Below are positions 1-10,700 of a DNA stretch of 64,000 nt, piece by piece (the first letter of the stretch is position 1; the number at the start of each line of letters is the position of its first letter). Position numbers and translations under genes: made by a program. This DNA is from an uncultured Candidatus Binatia bacterium (GTDB lineage Bacteria; Desulfobacterota; Binatia; Bin18): positions 1,984,001-2,048,000 of the forward strand of contig OZ243961.1 of assembly GCA_965214605.1 (NCBI GenBank), given 5' to 3'. The notes under the pieces were generated by a model. It was not told the origin of the DNA, searched no databases, and saw only the letters and a list, made by a program, of their open reading frames with translations.

Positions 1-78
1 AGCTACGGGGATTGATGTGATGGCATCGGTCGGATAAAAATAGTTGAGAAGATTACTCCGAGCTACGGGGATTGATGC
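1..78. CRISPR. Possible terminal repeat-spacer-repeat of a CRISPR array cut by the window edge
   Basis: AGCTACGGGGATTGATG at 1-17 and 61-77 (period 60). The full copy has a CTCCG/CGGGG hairpin followed by ATTGATG. Only about 1.5 units are visible and no cas genes are in the window. Confidence 0.3.
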
Positions 79-159
79 CTCCATGACGGTATTTCCGGAC
101 GGGCTCGATCAGCCGCGCCATCGGACTGGTGACAGACGTACGAACTTGCTCGCAACATC

Positions 160-403
160 AATACCCTGCCACAAGGCGATGTTCTTCGCCGAGAACGACG
201 CAAGCGGCAACCGGATCAATCACAAAGCAGCAATCTCGGGCGGCTTGCAGATCGTTCCTGCAGGGGCCGCGCGCCAAGTGCTCGCCGATGACTACGCGAG
301 AATGCTAGCCGACGGGATGCTGCTTGGCGAGAACGAGCCATTTGATGCGCTGATGGAGCGATGCGCGGCAATTGAGACGCGGGCCAACGGGTTGAAACCA
401 TGA
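160..403 (+). pseudogene. C-terminal fragment of an AbiEii/AbiGii-family nucleotidyltransferase toxin
   Basis: HKAMFFAE...GLQIVP...LADDYARM..DGML..E.FD.LM.RC resembles AbiEii C-termini. The N-terminal NTase core is absent. The stop overlaps the drmD start (ATGA 400-403). Confidence 0.65.
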
Positions 404-3400
404 CAGCGACCTCACCCGAACCCGGCCGGATCGCGCTGGTGCGCCAGCGCCGATATCTCGTGGAAAACGTAACGCCTCCTCCATCACCCACCGAAGCCAC
501 GCTCGTCGATCTCTCCTGTCTCGACGACGACGCGCAGGGCGAGCCGCTCTCGGTGCTGTGGGAGCACGAACTTGATGCCCGCGTACTCGAAGACGACGGC
601 TGGTCGGCAGTTGCCGACAAGGGATTTGACGATCCCGCCCTGTTCGCCGCCTACCTCCGCGCGCTGTCGTGGAACTGCGTGACGGCAACCGACCCGAATC
701 TCTTTCAAGCGCCGTTCCGTGCCGGCATCCGTATTGATGCCTATCAACTCGACCCGCTGCGCAAGGCGCTCAAGTTGCCGCGCGTGAACCTGTTCATTGC
801 TGATGACGTCGGGCTTGGTAAGACCATCGAGGCTGGCCTAATCGCGCGCGAGCTTCTGCTGCGCCGCCGTATCGACCGGATCGTCGTTGCATGTCCGCCT
901 GCGATGCTGGACCAGTGGCAGGACGAGATGGAAGCCCGTTTCGGTCTCACTTTCACCATTCTCGACCGGGCCTATGTGACGCGGATGCGCCGCGAGCGCG
1001 GCTTCTCCGTCAACCCCTGGACCACCCATTCTCGCTTCCTCATCTCCCACCGCCTTCTCATTGACGAGGCCCACGCTTCGGGCTTGCGTGACTGGCTTGG
1101 AGAGTTCGCCCCGCAATCCCTCCTAATTCTCGACGAGGCGCACAACGCCGCGCCCGCGAGCGGTGCACGTTACGCGATTGATTCGCAGATCACGCGCGCC
1201 GTCCGCGACATCGCGCCTCGTTTCGAGCATCGTCTGTTCCTGTCGGCGACTCCGCATAACGGGCATTCGAACAGCTTTTCCGCCTTGCTCGAAATTCTCG
1301 ATCCACAACGTTTCTGCCGTGGAGTCCGCGTCCTTAAGGGGCAGCTCGACGAGGTGCTGGTCCGGCGGCTCAAGTCCGATATCCGGGAACTCGAAGGCGG
1401 GTTCCCGAAGCGCACGGTGGCCCCGGTGAGAATCGACGGGCTGCCGCCGGACGCGCCCGAGCTCGTGCTGCCGAAGCTGCTGGATGCCTACCGACTCGTG
1501 CGCGAAGAGAGGCTCAAGAACGAATCACGCTCGCGGCAAACCGCCGGCGCATTGGTGATCGGCGGGCTGCAGAAACGTCTGCTGTCCTCCGTCGAGGCCT
1601 TCGCGAAGACGCTTTCGGTGCACCGCAAGAGCCTGGAACGTGTGTTGGAGAAGGCTTTGGCCGTCCCCACAACGTCGGCAGCGCCGCATGCCGATCTCCA
1701 ACGTTTGACTGTGGACATGGAGCCCGACACGGAGGTCTTTAGCGCTGACGATCAAGCTCTCGACATCGACGGCGAAACCATCCCACCGGACGATTCAGAA
1801 CGACCCGACCCGTCGGATCTCGAGTTGGCCGATCTCATGACGACGGCCACAGCGGCATCAAGCGACAGCAGCCAGACGGAGACGCGCGAGGCGCTAATGC
1901 GCGAACTCGCGCTTGTCGACGAGATGCGCGATGTGGCCGAGGCGAGCCGATACGGGGCTGACCCGCGCGTTCGCAAGATCATTGAATGGATCGACGCCAA
2001 TCTGTGTCCAGGTCTTGCAGCGCCCGGAGCAACACTCCCGCAATGGAACGATCGCCGCCTGCTTATCTTCACTGAATACGAGGATACGCGCCGATGGCTC
2101 CAGCGCTGCCTGAACGAGGCGATCGCGTGTTCCAGTCAGGCATCCAAGCGGATTGCGGCCTTCACGGGGATGACCTCCCGCCGAAGGCGGGAAGACATCA
2201 AGCACGCCTTCAACACCGAGCCGGGCGACGATCCGCTCCGCATTCTCATCGCGACCGACGCGGCACGGGAGGGCCTCAATCTCCAGCGCCATTGCTACGA
2301 CCTTTTCCATTTCGATCTGCCTTGGAACCCGAGCCGCCTAGACCAGCGTAACGGCCGCATCGACCGCAAACTTCAGCCCGCCGACGAAGTCTTCTGCCGC
2401 TACTTCGTGTTTGTTCAGCGGCCGGAAGATCGTGTTCTTCAGGTGTTGGTGAACAAGGTCGAGCGCATCCGGGAAGAACTTGGCAGCGTTGCCAAGATCC
2501 TCGAAGCCCGCGTCGCTCGGACCATTGGCGTCGAGGGCATGCGGCGCGACGGGCTCGACAGACTCGCGTCCAACATTCGGGATCTGTCGGCGAGCGAGCA
2601 GCGGCAAACCGTCGAGGAAGAGCTTGAGGACGCGCGTCTTCGCCAGGACAAGCTCCGCGAAGAAGTCGACGGCCTGCGCACACGCCTGGAACGCTCACGC
2701 ATGCATATTGGCATCGCTTCGTCACAGTTCCGCCAGACCCTCTCAATGAGCCTGAAGCTCGCCGGCGCGCCTGGGATCACGGCAACGGATCGGGATAGAG
2801 GGCAGGATCCCGACACCCCGCGCCGTTTTGTCTTTCCGGGAGATCACCGCGCGTTGGCAAGCGACTCCGGCTGGACCGCGGCACTCGACGCGTTGCGGGT
2901 GCGCAGACAACGAGGGGAGAGCTTTGGCGAGTGGCGCCGCCGGGCCTCCATCCGCCCCATCACGTTCGAAGACACCGGCCGGCTGGGCGAGAACGCCGTG
3001 CAGCTCCATCTCGAGCACAGCGTGGCCCGGCGCCTGCTCGGCCGGTTCACGGCACAGGGCCTGGTCCACCACGATCTGTCCAAAGCTTGCCTGACCGTTG
3101 CGCCCGATGCGATCCCACGAGTGGTGCTGCTAGGTCGCCTCGCCGTTTACGGACCGTGCGCCGCGCGCCTGCACGAAGAGATGGTGCCGGTCACGGCGCG
3201 CTGGATCGATCCCGAACGACGGCAGGACGCGCTCACGCCCTACGGTCGGGCCGGCGAGCAGACTACGCTGGCCTCACTGCAGTCGGCGCTCGACGAAGCC
3301 GGACAGGACAGCGTTCCGGATCAGGTGCGAGGTCGTCTCGCGGCATCGGCGCAGGCCGATATCGCGGATCTGCTGCCGCATCTGGAGCGACGGGCGGACG

Positions 3401-3714
3401 AATACGCGGAGCAAGCGAAGAGACGTCTTGCCGAACGGTCGGAGGCCGAAAGGCGCAGCATGATCGAACTGCTCAAGCGCCAGCGGAAGAGGATTGCCGA
3501 AGCCGTCAGCAAAAACGACCGACAACTGACGTTCGACTTCGATGCAGCCGAGCGGCGCCAACGCGAAGCCGATCGCCGCGCCTGGAGCCGGCGCCTCGAA
3601 GCCATTGAGACCGAGCTCGAGACCGAGCCGCGCCGGATCGCCGACACGTACAGCGTACGCGCCGTGCGCGTCGATCCGCTCGGCCTCGTCTATCTCTGGC
3701 CGCTGACGGGATAG
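400..3714 (+). CDS. drmD: DISARM SNF2-like helicase DrmD
   Basis: ADDVGLGKT, DEAH, SATPHNG, TDAAREGLNLQ and QRNGRIDR motifs; LFQAPFRAGI..DAYQL N-terminus; DISARM gene order. Confidence 0.93.
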   Translation: MTATSPEPGRIALVRQRRYLVENVTPPPSPTEATLVDLSCLDDDAQGEPLSVLWEHELDARVLEDDGWSAVADKGFDDPALFAAYLRALSWNCVTATDPNLFQAPFRAGIRIDAYQLDPLRKALKLPRVNLFIADDVGLGKTIEAGLIARELLLRRRIDRIVVACPPAMLDQWQDEMEARFGLTFTILDRAYVTRMRRERGFSVNPWTTHSRFLISHRLLIDEAHASGLRDWLGEFAPQSLLILDEAHNAAPASGARYAIDSQITRAVRDIAPRFEHRLFLSATPHNGHSNSFSALLEILDPQRFCRGVRVLKGQLDEVLVRRLKSDIRELEGGFPKRTVAPVRIDGLPPDAPELVLPKLLDAYRLVREERLKNESRSRQTAGALVIGGLQKRLLSSVEAFAKTLSVHRKSLERVLEKALAVPTTSAAPHADLQRLTVDMEPDTEVFSADDQALDIDGETIPPDDSERPDPSDLELADLMTTATAASSDSSQTETREALMRELALVDEMRDVAEASRYGADPRVRKIIEWIDANLCPGLAAPGATLPQWNDRRLLIFTEYEDTRRWLQRCLNEAIACSSQASKRIAAFTGMTSRRRREDIKHAFNTEPGDDPLRILIATDAAREGLNLQRHCYDLFHFDLPWNPSRLDQRNGRIDRKLQPADEVFCRYFVFVQRPEDRVLQVLVNKVERIREELGSVAKILEARVARTIGVEGMRRDGLDRLASNIRDLSASEQRQTVEEELEDARLRQDKLREEVDGLRTRLERSRMHIGIASSQFRQTLSMSLKLAGAPGITATDRDRGQDPDTPRRFVFPGDHRALASDSGWTAALDALRVRRQRGESFGEWRRRASIRPITFEDTGRLGENAVQLHLEHSVARRLLGRFTAQGLVHHDLSKACLTVAPDAIPRVVLLGRLAVYGPCAARLHEEMVPVTARWIDPERRQDALTPYGRAGEQTTLASLQSALDEAGQDSVPDQVRGRLAASAQADIADLLPHLERRADEYAEQAKRRLAERSEAERRSMIELLKRQRKRIAEAVSKNDRQLTFDFDAAERRQREADRRAWSRRLEAIETELETEPRRIADTYSVRAVRVDPLGLVYLWPLTG

Positions 3715-3717
3715 GTC

Positions 3718-6700
3718 ATGGCGGACCGCGAACGCCGCAACCTGATCTTCGCCCACCAGGAATGGCTGGGTTTCGTGCAGCCGGTGGGTCTCGTGGTCGC
3801 GCCGACCGTCATGGTCGACGCCCAGGTCGTACCGGACCGCAACGTTTCGGGACGCCAGCGGGAGTTTCGGGCGCTGTTCGACGCGAATGACGAGGCGAGC
3901 GTCGTCGCCGGTGTCTCGGAGACACGCGCAACGTACCGCGTCTCCGGAACTCCGCAGGGCTCCGTTCTGCATCGTGTGTTCCGGGAGTGGCTGGGCTGGG
4001 AGGACGACGACCTCGTGGAAGCGGAACGCCACCGCGACACGCTCGAAATCGCCCTGCCGGAATTGCAGGTGGTGCTCTCTCCGACCTGGGCCGTGCCGGG
4101 CGATCAGGATTCGGACCAGGCGTGGACGATGCTGATCCGGGTAGAGGACGAAGGAGCCGACTTCGACCAACCGCCCGGCGACGGCACCGGTTGGAATGCG
4201 AGCCGTCATGCCCGGTTCGAACGGCTGCTCCGGGAGACCGGCGTTCCGACCGGCCTGCTCTGCACCGATGAACGCATCCGCCTGATCCATGCGCCGGGAG
4301 GCGAGTCGTCGGGGCACATCACCTTCGAGTTCGCCCAGATGGCACTGCCGGCGGGCCGGCCCATCCTAGCCGCTTTCGAAATGCTTCTCTCGGCGGATGC
4401 GCTCTTCGGCGCCACCCCCGAGGCTGGCCTACCCGCGCTCCTGGCCAAGAGCCGCGATGCGCAGGCCGAAGTCTCAACGAAGCTCTCCCGCCAGGTGCTT
4501 GCCGCGCTGCATGAACTGTTGCGCGGCTTCGTCTCCGCCGACGCGCATGGCCAGGGGATCGTGACCGCGTTGGCGCGGCGCGATCCCGAACATCTCTACG
4601 GCGGGCTCATCACGACATTGATGCGGCTGGTCTTCGTTCTCTACGCCGAAGACCGGGGCCTCATGCCCGATCATCCGGTCTACCAGCAGCACTATTCCCT
4701 GGGTGGCTTGTTCGCCCGCCTGCGGGCCGATGCGGCAGCTTGGCCAGACACCATGGACCAGCGGTTCGGCGCCTGGGCGCAGTTGATTACGCTGTTCCGA
4801 CTGATCCACAGCGGCGGCGGTCATGCCAGACTCCGCTTCGTGGCGCGCAAGGGCGCGCTGTTCGATCCGGACCGGTTTCCCTTCCTCGAAGGGCGCGCGC
4901 CGGACCACGACCCGACGGTTCCCATGGTGCCGGACGCGACCGTCTGGAAAGTGTTGCAGTCTCTGATGGTGTTGGACGGCGAGCGATTGTCTTACCGTAC
5001 CCTTGATGTCGAGCAAATCGGTTCGGTCTACGAGGCTGTCATAGGCTTCCGCGTCGAGCTAACTACCGGCCGCTCTATCGCAGTGGCGTCACGGAAACGA
5101 ACCGGCGCCGCCGTTATCGTCGATCTCGACAGCCTGCTCTCACTCGACGGCGGCAAGCGCGCGAAGGCGATCCAGGACGCGACAGACCGGAAACTGACGG
5201 GCGCCGCCGTTGCCGCGCTCCGCAATGCAGCCACCGTCGAGGATGTGGTGGTAGCGATAGAGCGTAGCGTCGACCGCGACGCTACGCCCAATATCGTGTC
5301 GCCTCGAACGCCTGTCCTCCAGCCGACGGACGAGCGCCGACGGTCCGGCAGTCACTACACGCCGCGCTCCCTGACCGAGCCAATCGTTTCGGAAGCCCTG
5401 CGGCCGATATTGGAACGACTGGGGCAGGATGCCCGGCCCGAAGATATTCTCGATCTCAAGGTCCTCGACCCGGCGACAGGATCGGGTGCCTTTCTGGTTG
5501 AGGCCTGCCGTCAGCTGTCGGCCCGGCTGATCGAAGCGTGGAATCTGCACGACGGCCCGCCGGACCTGCCAGCCGACGAGGACGAGCTGCTGCACGCCCG
5601 GCGTCTCGTCGCCCAGCGCTGCCTCTATGGCGTGGACCGGAATCGAATGGCCATCGATCTCGCGCGGCTGTCCCTGTGGCTGGTGACGCTCGCACGCGAT
5701 CACGAGTTCACCTTCATCGACCACGCCCTGCGCCATGGCGATTCGCTGGTCGGCCTGACCCGCAACCAGATCGAAGGATTCCATTGGGATGCCGAATCGA
5801 AGGATTCCATTGAGATGCCACGGCCCCGATTTCAACTCGGCACAGAGACACCGGAAGTGCGTAAACATGTGACGCGGGTCTCCGAGATGCGTCAACTGAT
5901 CCGTGAACTCGGCGACGAGGCCCCTGAACACGAACTGCGAGAGCTTCTGGACGAGGCTGAACGTGAGCTCAGAAACATTCGCCAAGTCGCCGACTTGGTA
6001 CTGACTGCGTTCTTCGAAGGAGGGAGGCCGAAAGAACGCGAGAGCGTCCGGCTCAAATACGCGAGTCTGCTTCTTGAAGAGGACTGGGCTGCTACCGACT
6101 CGTGTGTGGCAACGAAGCTGCCGGTCGCACCGTTCCATTGGGAACCGGAGTTTCCCGAGGTGTTCGAGCGCGAGAACGCGGGGTTCGACGCGATTGTGGG
6201 TAACCCGCCCTTTGCCGGCAAGAACATGGTCGCCGCCGCGAACGTCGCCGGCTATTCCGACTGGCTCAAGCAGATGCACCCTGGGAGCCACGGTAACGCG
6301 GATCTCGTTGCTCATTTTTTCCGACGGGCATTTGGCCTCCTGCGCTCTGGAGGCGTGCTCGGTCTCATCGCCACCAACACCATAGGCCAAGGCGACACGC
6401 GCTCGACGGGCCTTCGTTGGATCTGCAGCAACGGCGGCACGGTCTATCGTGTCCAACGCCGCCTGAAGTGGCCCGGCGAGGCGGCGGTCGTGGTCAGCGT
6501 GGTTCACCTCATCAACGCAGCGGTGTATTCCGGGCCATGTCAGCTAGACGGCCGCAAGGTTGACAAGATTACCGCCTTCCTGTTTCATGACGGCGGCCAT
6601 GACGACCCGGCGCGGCTCGCGGCAAACGCAGGCAGGAGCTTCGTCGGCAGCTACGTCCTCGGCATGGGATTCACCTTCGATGACACCGACACCAAGGGCG

Positions 6701-7761
6701 TTGCTACGCCGTTAGCGGAAATGCGGCGGCTGATCGCTGAAGACCCGCATAACAGCAACGCCATCTTTCCCTATATCGGTGGCAAGGAGGTTAACACGAG
6801 CCCGACTCATGCGCACCATCGGTATGTCATCAATTTCCGGGACTACCCGCTGCGGCGGAAGGAGCTGGGAGCGACATGGCAAGACACCGATGACGGACAG
6901 CGCCAGCAATGGTTGCGTGTGGGAATTGTGCCCCTCGACTATCCGGCTCCGGTGGCGGCTGACTGGCCGGACCTGCTGACGATCGTCGAAGAGCGCGTGA
7001 AGCCGGCCCGGGCGCATCTCACGAACAACCCCATCGGCCGTAAACGCTCCCAGTTCTGGTGGTTGTATGGCTCACTCGCTAAGGAACTCTATGCTTCGAT
7101 AGCCAGCCTAGACCGCGTGCTTGTAATTTCAGAAGTTGGGCAGCACGGGGCGTTCGCCTTCTTGCCAAGTAACATGGCCTTTTCTCATACACTCAACATC
7201 TTCCCGCTTGACACCTATGCCGCCTTCTGCGCCCTCCAGTCACGCCCTCACGAGATCTGGGCACGGTTCTTCGGTTCGTCGCTGGGAGATCAACTCCGCT
7301 ACACCCCCTCGGACTGCTTCGAGACCTTCCCCTTCCCCGAGACGTGGGAAAGCCACCCCGCACTTGAAGCCATCGGCAAGGCGTACTACGAATACCGCGC
7401 TGCGCTCATGGCCCGAAACGGCGAAGGCCTGACCAAGACCTACAACCGCTTCCATAATCCCGACGAAGAAGACGCGGATATTGTAAAACTCCGTAAGCTC
7501 CACGCTGCAATGGACCGCGTTATTCTCGCTGCCTATGGCTGGCCTGACGTTCCTACCGATTGCGAGTTTCTGTTGGATTGGGAGATTGACGAAGAAACCT
7601 GGGGCAAGAAGAAAAAACCCTGGCGCTACCACTGGCCCAATGAAATTCGCGACGAGGTGCTCGCGCGCCTGTTGTCCCTGAACGCCGAGCGCGCGGCCGA
7701 GGAACGACTGACCGGAAGCGATGGTCGCATCCGAGCCGGGAACACCAAGGCCGCCTCATGA
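3718..7761 (+). CDS. drmMI: DISARM class I N6-adenine DNA methyltransferase DrmMI
   Basis: GSHYTP, DPATGSGAFL (motif I), GNPPF (motif IV), C-terminal MmeI-like target-recognition region (RYTPSDCFETFPFP); lies between drmD and drmA. Confidence 0.92.
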   Translation: MADRERRNLIFAHQEWLGFVQPVGLVVAPTVMVDAQVVPDRNVSGRQREFRALFDANDEASVVAGVSETRATYRVSGTPQGSVLHRVFREWLGWEDDDLVEAERHRDTLEIALPELQVVLSPTWAVPGDQDSDQAWTMLIRVEDEGADFDQPPGDGTGWNASRHARFERLLRETGVPTGLLCTDERIRLIHAPGGESSGHITFEFAQMALPAGRPILAAFEMLLSADALFGATPEAGLPALLAKSRDAQAEVSTKLSRQVLAALHELLRGFVSADAHGQGIVTALARRDPEHLYGGLITTLMRLVFVLYAEDRGLMPDHPVYQQHYSLGGLFARLRADAAAWPDTMDQRFGAWAQLITLFRLIHSGGGHARLRFVARKGALFDPDRFPFLEGRAPDHDPTVPMVPDATVWKVLQSLMVLDGERLSYRTLDVEQIGSVYEAVIGFRVELTTGRSIAVASRKRTGAAVIVDLDSLLSLDGGKRAKAIQDATDRKLTGAAVAALRNAATVEDVVVAIERSVDRDATPNIVSPRTPVLQPTDERRRSGSHYTPRSLTEPIVSEALRPILERLGQDARPEDILDLKVLDPATGSGAFLVEACRQLSARLIEAWNLHDGPPDLPADEDELLHARRLVAQRCLYGVDRNRMAIDLARLSLWLVTLARDHEFTFIDHALRHGDSLVGLTRNQIEGFHWDAESKDSIEMPRPRFQLGTETPEVRKHVTRVSEMRQLIRELGDEAPEHELRELLDEAERELRNIRQVADLVLTAFFEGGRPKERESVRLKYASLLLEEDWAATDSCVATKLPVAPFHWEPEFPEVFERENAGFDAIVGNPPFAGKNMVAAANVAGYSDWLKQMHPGSHGNADLVAHFFRRAFGLLRSGGVLGLIATNTIGQGDTRSTGLRWICSNGGTVYRVQRRLKWPGEAAVVVSVVHLINAAVYSGPCQLDGRKVDKITAFLFHDGGHDDPARLAANAGRSFVGSYVLGMGFTFDDTDTKGVATPLAEMRRLIAEDPHNSNAIFPYIGGKEVNTSPTHAHHRYVINFRDYPLRRKELGATWQDTDDGQRQQWLRVGIVPLDYPAPVAADWPDLLTIVEERVKPARAHLTNNPIGRKRSQFWWLYGSLAKELYASIASLDRVLVISEVGQHGAFAFLPSNMAFSHTLNIFPLDTYAAFCALQSRPHEIWARFFGSSLGDQLRYTPSDCFETFPFPETWESHPALEAIGKAYYEYRAALMARNGEGLTKTYNRFHNPDEEDADIVKLRKLHAAMDRVILAAYGWPDVPTDCEFLLDWEIDEETWGKKKKPWRYHWPNEIRDEVLARLLSLNAERAAEERLTGSDGRIRAGNTKAAS

Positions 7762-10700
7762 CCCTGACTTCTACCCCCACCTTCAACGATAGCGCCTGCG
7801 TCCGCGACTATCTGGTGGAGGCATTGCGGTTCGACCTGATCGGTCCGCGCCCCGGAGACAACGTCCTTGGGCATGAATACCTGCCGCACGCGCCGTCTCG
7901 CTGGTACCTGACCGGGTTCCTGGCGCCGACGGGCGCACCGGGTGCCCAGCGGGCGCAGGATGCCGAAGAGGAACTCGACGAGCCGTCCGAGCCCACCCAG
8001 GGAAGCGACGATGCGAGCACGCCGGAGCGCGGCAGCGGCAAACGCGCCTTTCTGCCCTCGTCCATGGGTCTGAGCGTTCTGACGGACGCGTCCGCCAAGC
8101 GCCTCGACATTGCGCTGTCCTGGGGCGACTACGCGCCGGAGGAAGAGCCGGCACGCAATGCCGCAAACCAGGGCGACGAACCCGGCGATGATGCGGCCCC
8201 GGCCCGGCGCCGCTTTGCGCCTTGGGTCCGCCATCCGCGTGCAGAGACCATCTACATTGATCTGGAGGCGATTCAAGCTGGGACACCGGTTCGGGTCGAC
8301 GTGCCGGACAGTGGCGGTCTCGAGATTGTTTGCCTGGTTCGACAGACCTGGGTTCGAGAGGTCGAGGGCAATCTCGATGCCCGCGCCGTCTCCCTGTTCG
8401 TCGTCAACCGGCGCCCGGCACCAGAGGACGACGATCTGCAGGACACGGCCTTCGCATTTCAGGTCGAAATGAGTCTTACCGCGGATCGGCCATTTGTCCC
8501 GAGACACGACCCGCGCGGCCTCGAAAGCGACGACTGGGACGAGCGACTCGCCGACCTGCATTACCGGGACGCGGCGGAATACGCGGTTGGTCACAATGTC
8601 TCCACCTGGGCGGGCACATCCGATGGCGCATGCCGTCGGGTGCATACCGAATGGATGCCTCGCGCCGCAGTAGAACGCGTCAAACCATCGGAAATCCCAG
8701 ACGTCGAGTTCGGCATGGAGGCGCTCGGCACCCTAGAGGACGCGGCGGATGCGAAGCGGTCGCTGAACCCGCTGGTCCGCGCTTATCGCGATTGGATTGA
8801 GGACCAGCACGAGAAAGCGCAAGCCTTCTCCGGCGGGCGCCGGGAGGTCGCGGACGAGCTGGTGAGCAGGGCTACCCGTGCGGCGGATCGCATCCAGGCC
8901 GGCATCGATCTGCTTGACGATCCCGACCTGCTGGGTGCGTTCCGCATCGCCAACCGCGCCATGGCGGAGGCGGCGCGGCGGCGAAGGGCGCAGGAGGAGT
9001 GCATCCCGCCTGAAGCGGTAAACCCGCCTGAGTGGCGTCCCTTCCAGCTCGCCTACATTCTGATGAACCTTCGCGGAATCGCCGAGCCGACCCATGTCGA
9101 GCGCGAGATCGTCGATCTGCTGTTCTTCCCCACCGGCGGTGGCAAGACCGAAGCCTATCTCGGGCTGGCAGCGTTTACGCTCGTCCTGCGCCGTCTGCGC
9201 GATCCCGACCCGGTCCATCGCGGTCTGTCGGTACTCATGCGCTACACGCTCCGCCTTCTCACTCTCGACCAGCTCGGGCGCGCCGCGGCGCTTATTTGCG
9301 CGCTCGAGCTCGAGCGCGAGGCTGCACCCGGAGAACTCGGAACATGGCCGTTCGAGATCGCGCTCTGGGTGGGCCGCGCCGCGACGCCCAACCACATGGG
9401 CCAGAAGGGCGATCGGTCCAACGACACCGCACGCGCGAAGACGTTACGATTTGCGCGCGACACCTCGCGCGATCCGCCACTGCCGCTGGATCGGTGCCCC
9501 TGGTGCGGCACGAAATTCGGAAAGCGTTCCTTCCGCCTGGACCCTGACACCGATAACCCGAAAAATCTGTCGGTGTGTTGCGCAAACCGGCGCTGCGATT
9601 TCGCGGGAAAGCGTCACCTGCCCATCGTTGCAGTGGACGAGCCAATCTACGAACGCCTGCCGGCCTTCATGATCGCGACCGCCGATAAGTTCGCCGCCAT
9701 GCCGTGGAGCGGCGAGACGGCGGGTTTCTTCCGGGGCGGCGACGCGACCGACCCGCGGCCGCCCGACCTCATCATTCAGGACGAGCTGCATCTCATCTCG
9801 GGGCCGCTTGGCACCATGGCAGGGCTTTACGAAACAGCGGTCAACCATCTCTGCCAACGCCAAATCGACGGCAAGGAAGTGCGCCCGAAGATCATCGCGT
9901 CGACCGCGACCGTGCGCCTCGCCCAAAAGCAGATTCGCGCCCTGTTCGGTCGCTCCTCTGTGGCAGTGTTTCCTGCGCCGGGGATTGAGCGGCGGGACTC
10001 GTTCTTTGCCGAACAGGCGCCGCAACAGGAGGTGCACCCGCGGATCTATCTCGGCATCGCCGCGCAGGGTCGCGGGCCAAAGGTCATCTTCCTGAGAAGC
10101 ACGATCACGCTGATGGCCGCGGCTCAAGCTGCCTGGAACGCCGTGACCGGCGGCGGCGTCAACCCCGCCGATCCCTACATGACGGTCGTCGCCTACTTCA
10201 ATGCCCTGCGCGAACTGGGGAGCGCACGGCGCATTGTCGAGGACGAGATCGGTTCGCGCCTTCTAACCTATGCCGGCCGCAAGCGCCTCGACGATGCAGC
10301 CGGGCTGTTCGCCGACAGACGGATCGCCTTCGAGCCGGTCGAGCTGACCTCGCGCGTTGGTACAGCCAATGTCGCCGACGCCAAGCGCCGGCTCTCCCTC
10401 GACTTCACTGACAAGGAACGCGTGGACGTGGCTCTAGCCACGAACATGATCTCCGTCGGCCTCGACATCACACGGCTCGGCTTGATGCTCGTCTCCGGCC
10501 AGCCGAAAACCACGGCTGAATACATCCAGGCTACGAGCCGCGTAGGCCGCGATCCGGCGCGGCCCGGCCTGATAGTGACTCTCCTAAATGTCCATAAGCC
10601 GCGTGACCGCTCGCACTATGAGCGCTTCTCCGCCTGGCACGACTCCTTCTATCGTGGGGTCGAAGCGACCAGCGTCACACCGTTCTCTCCGCGCGCCCTT

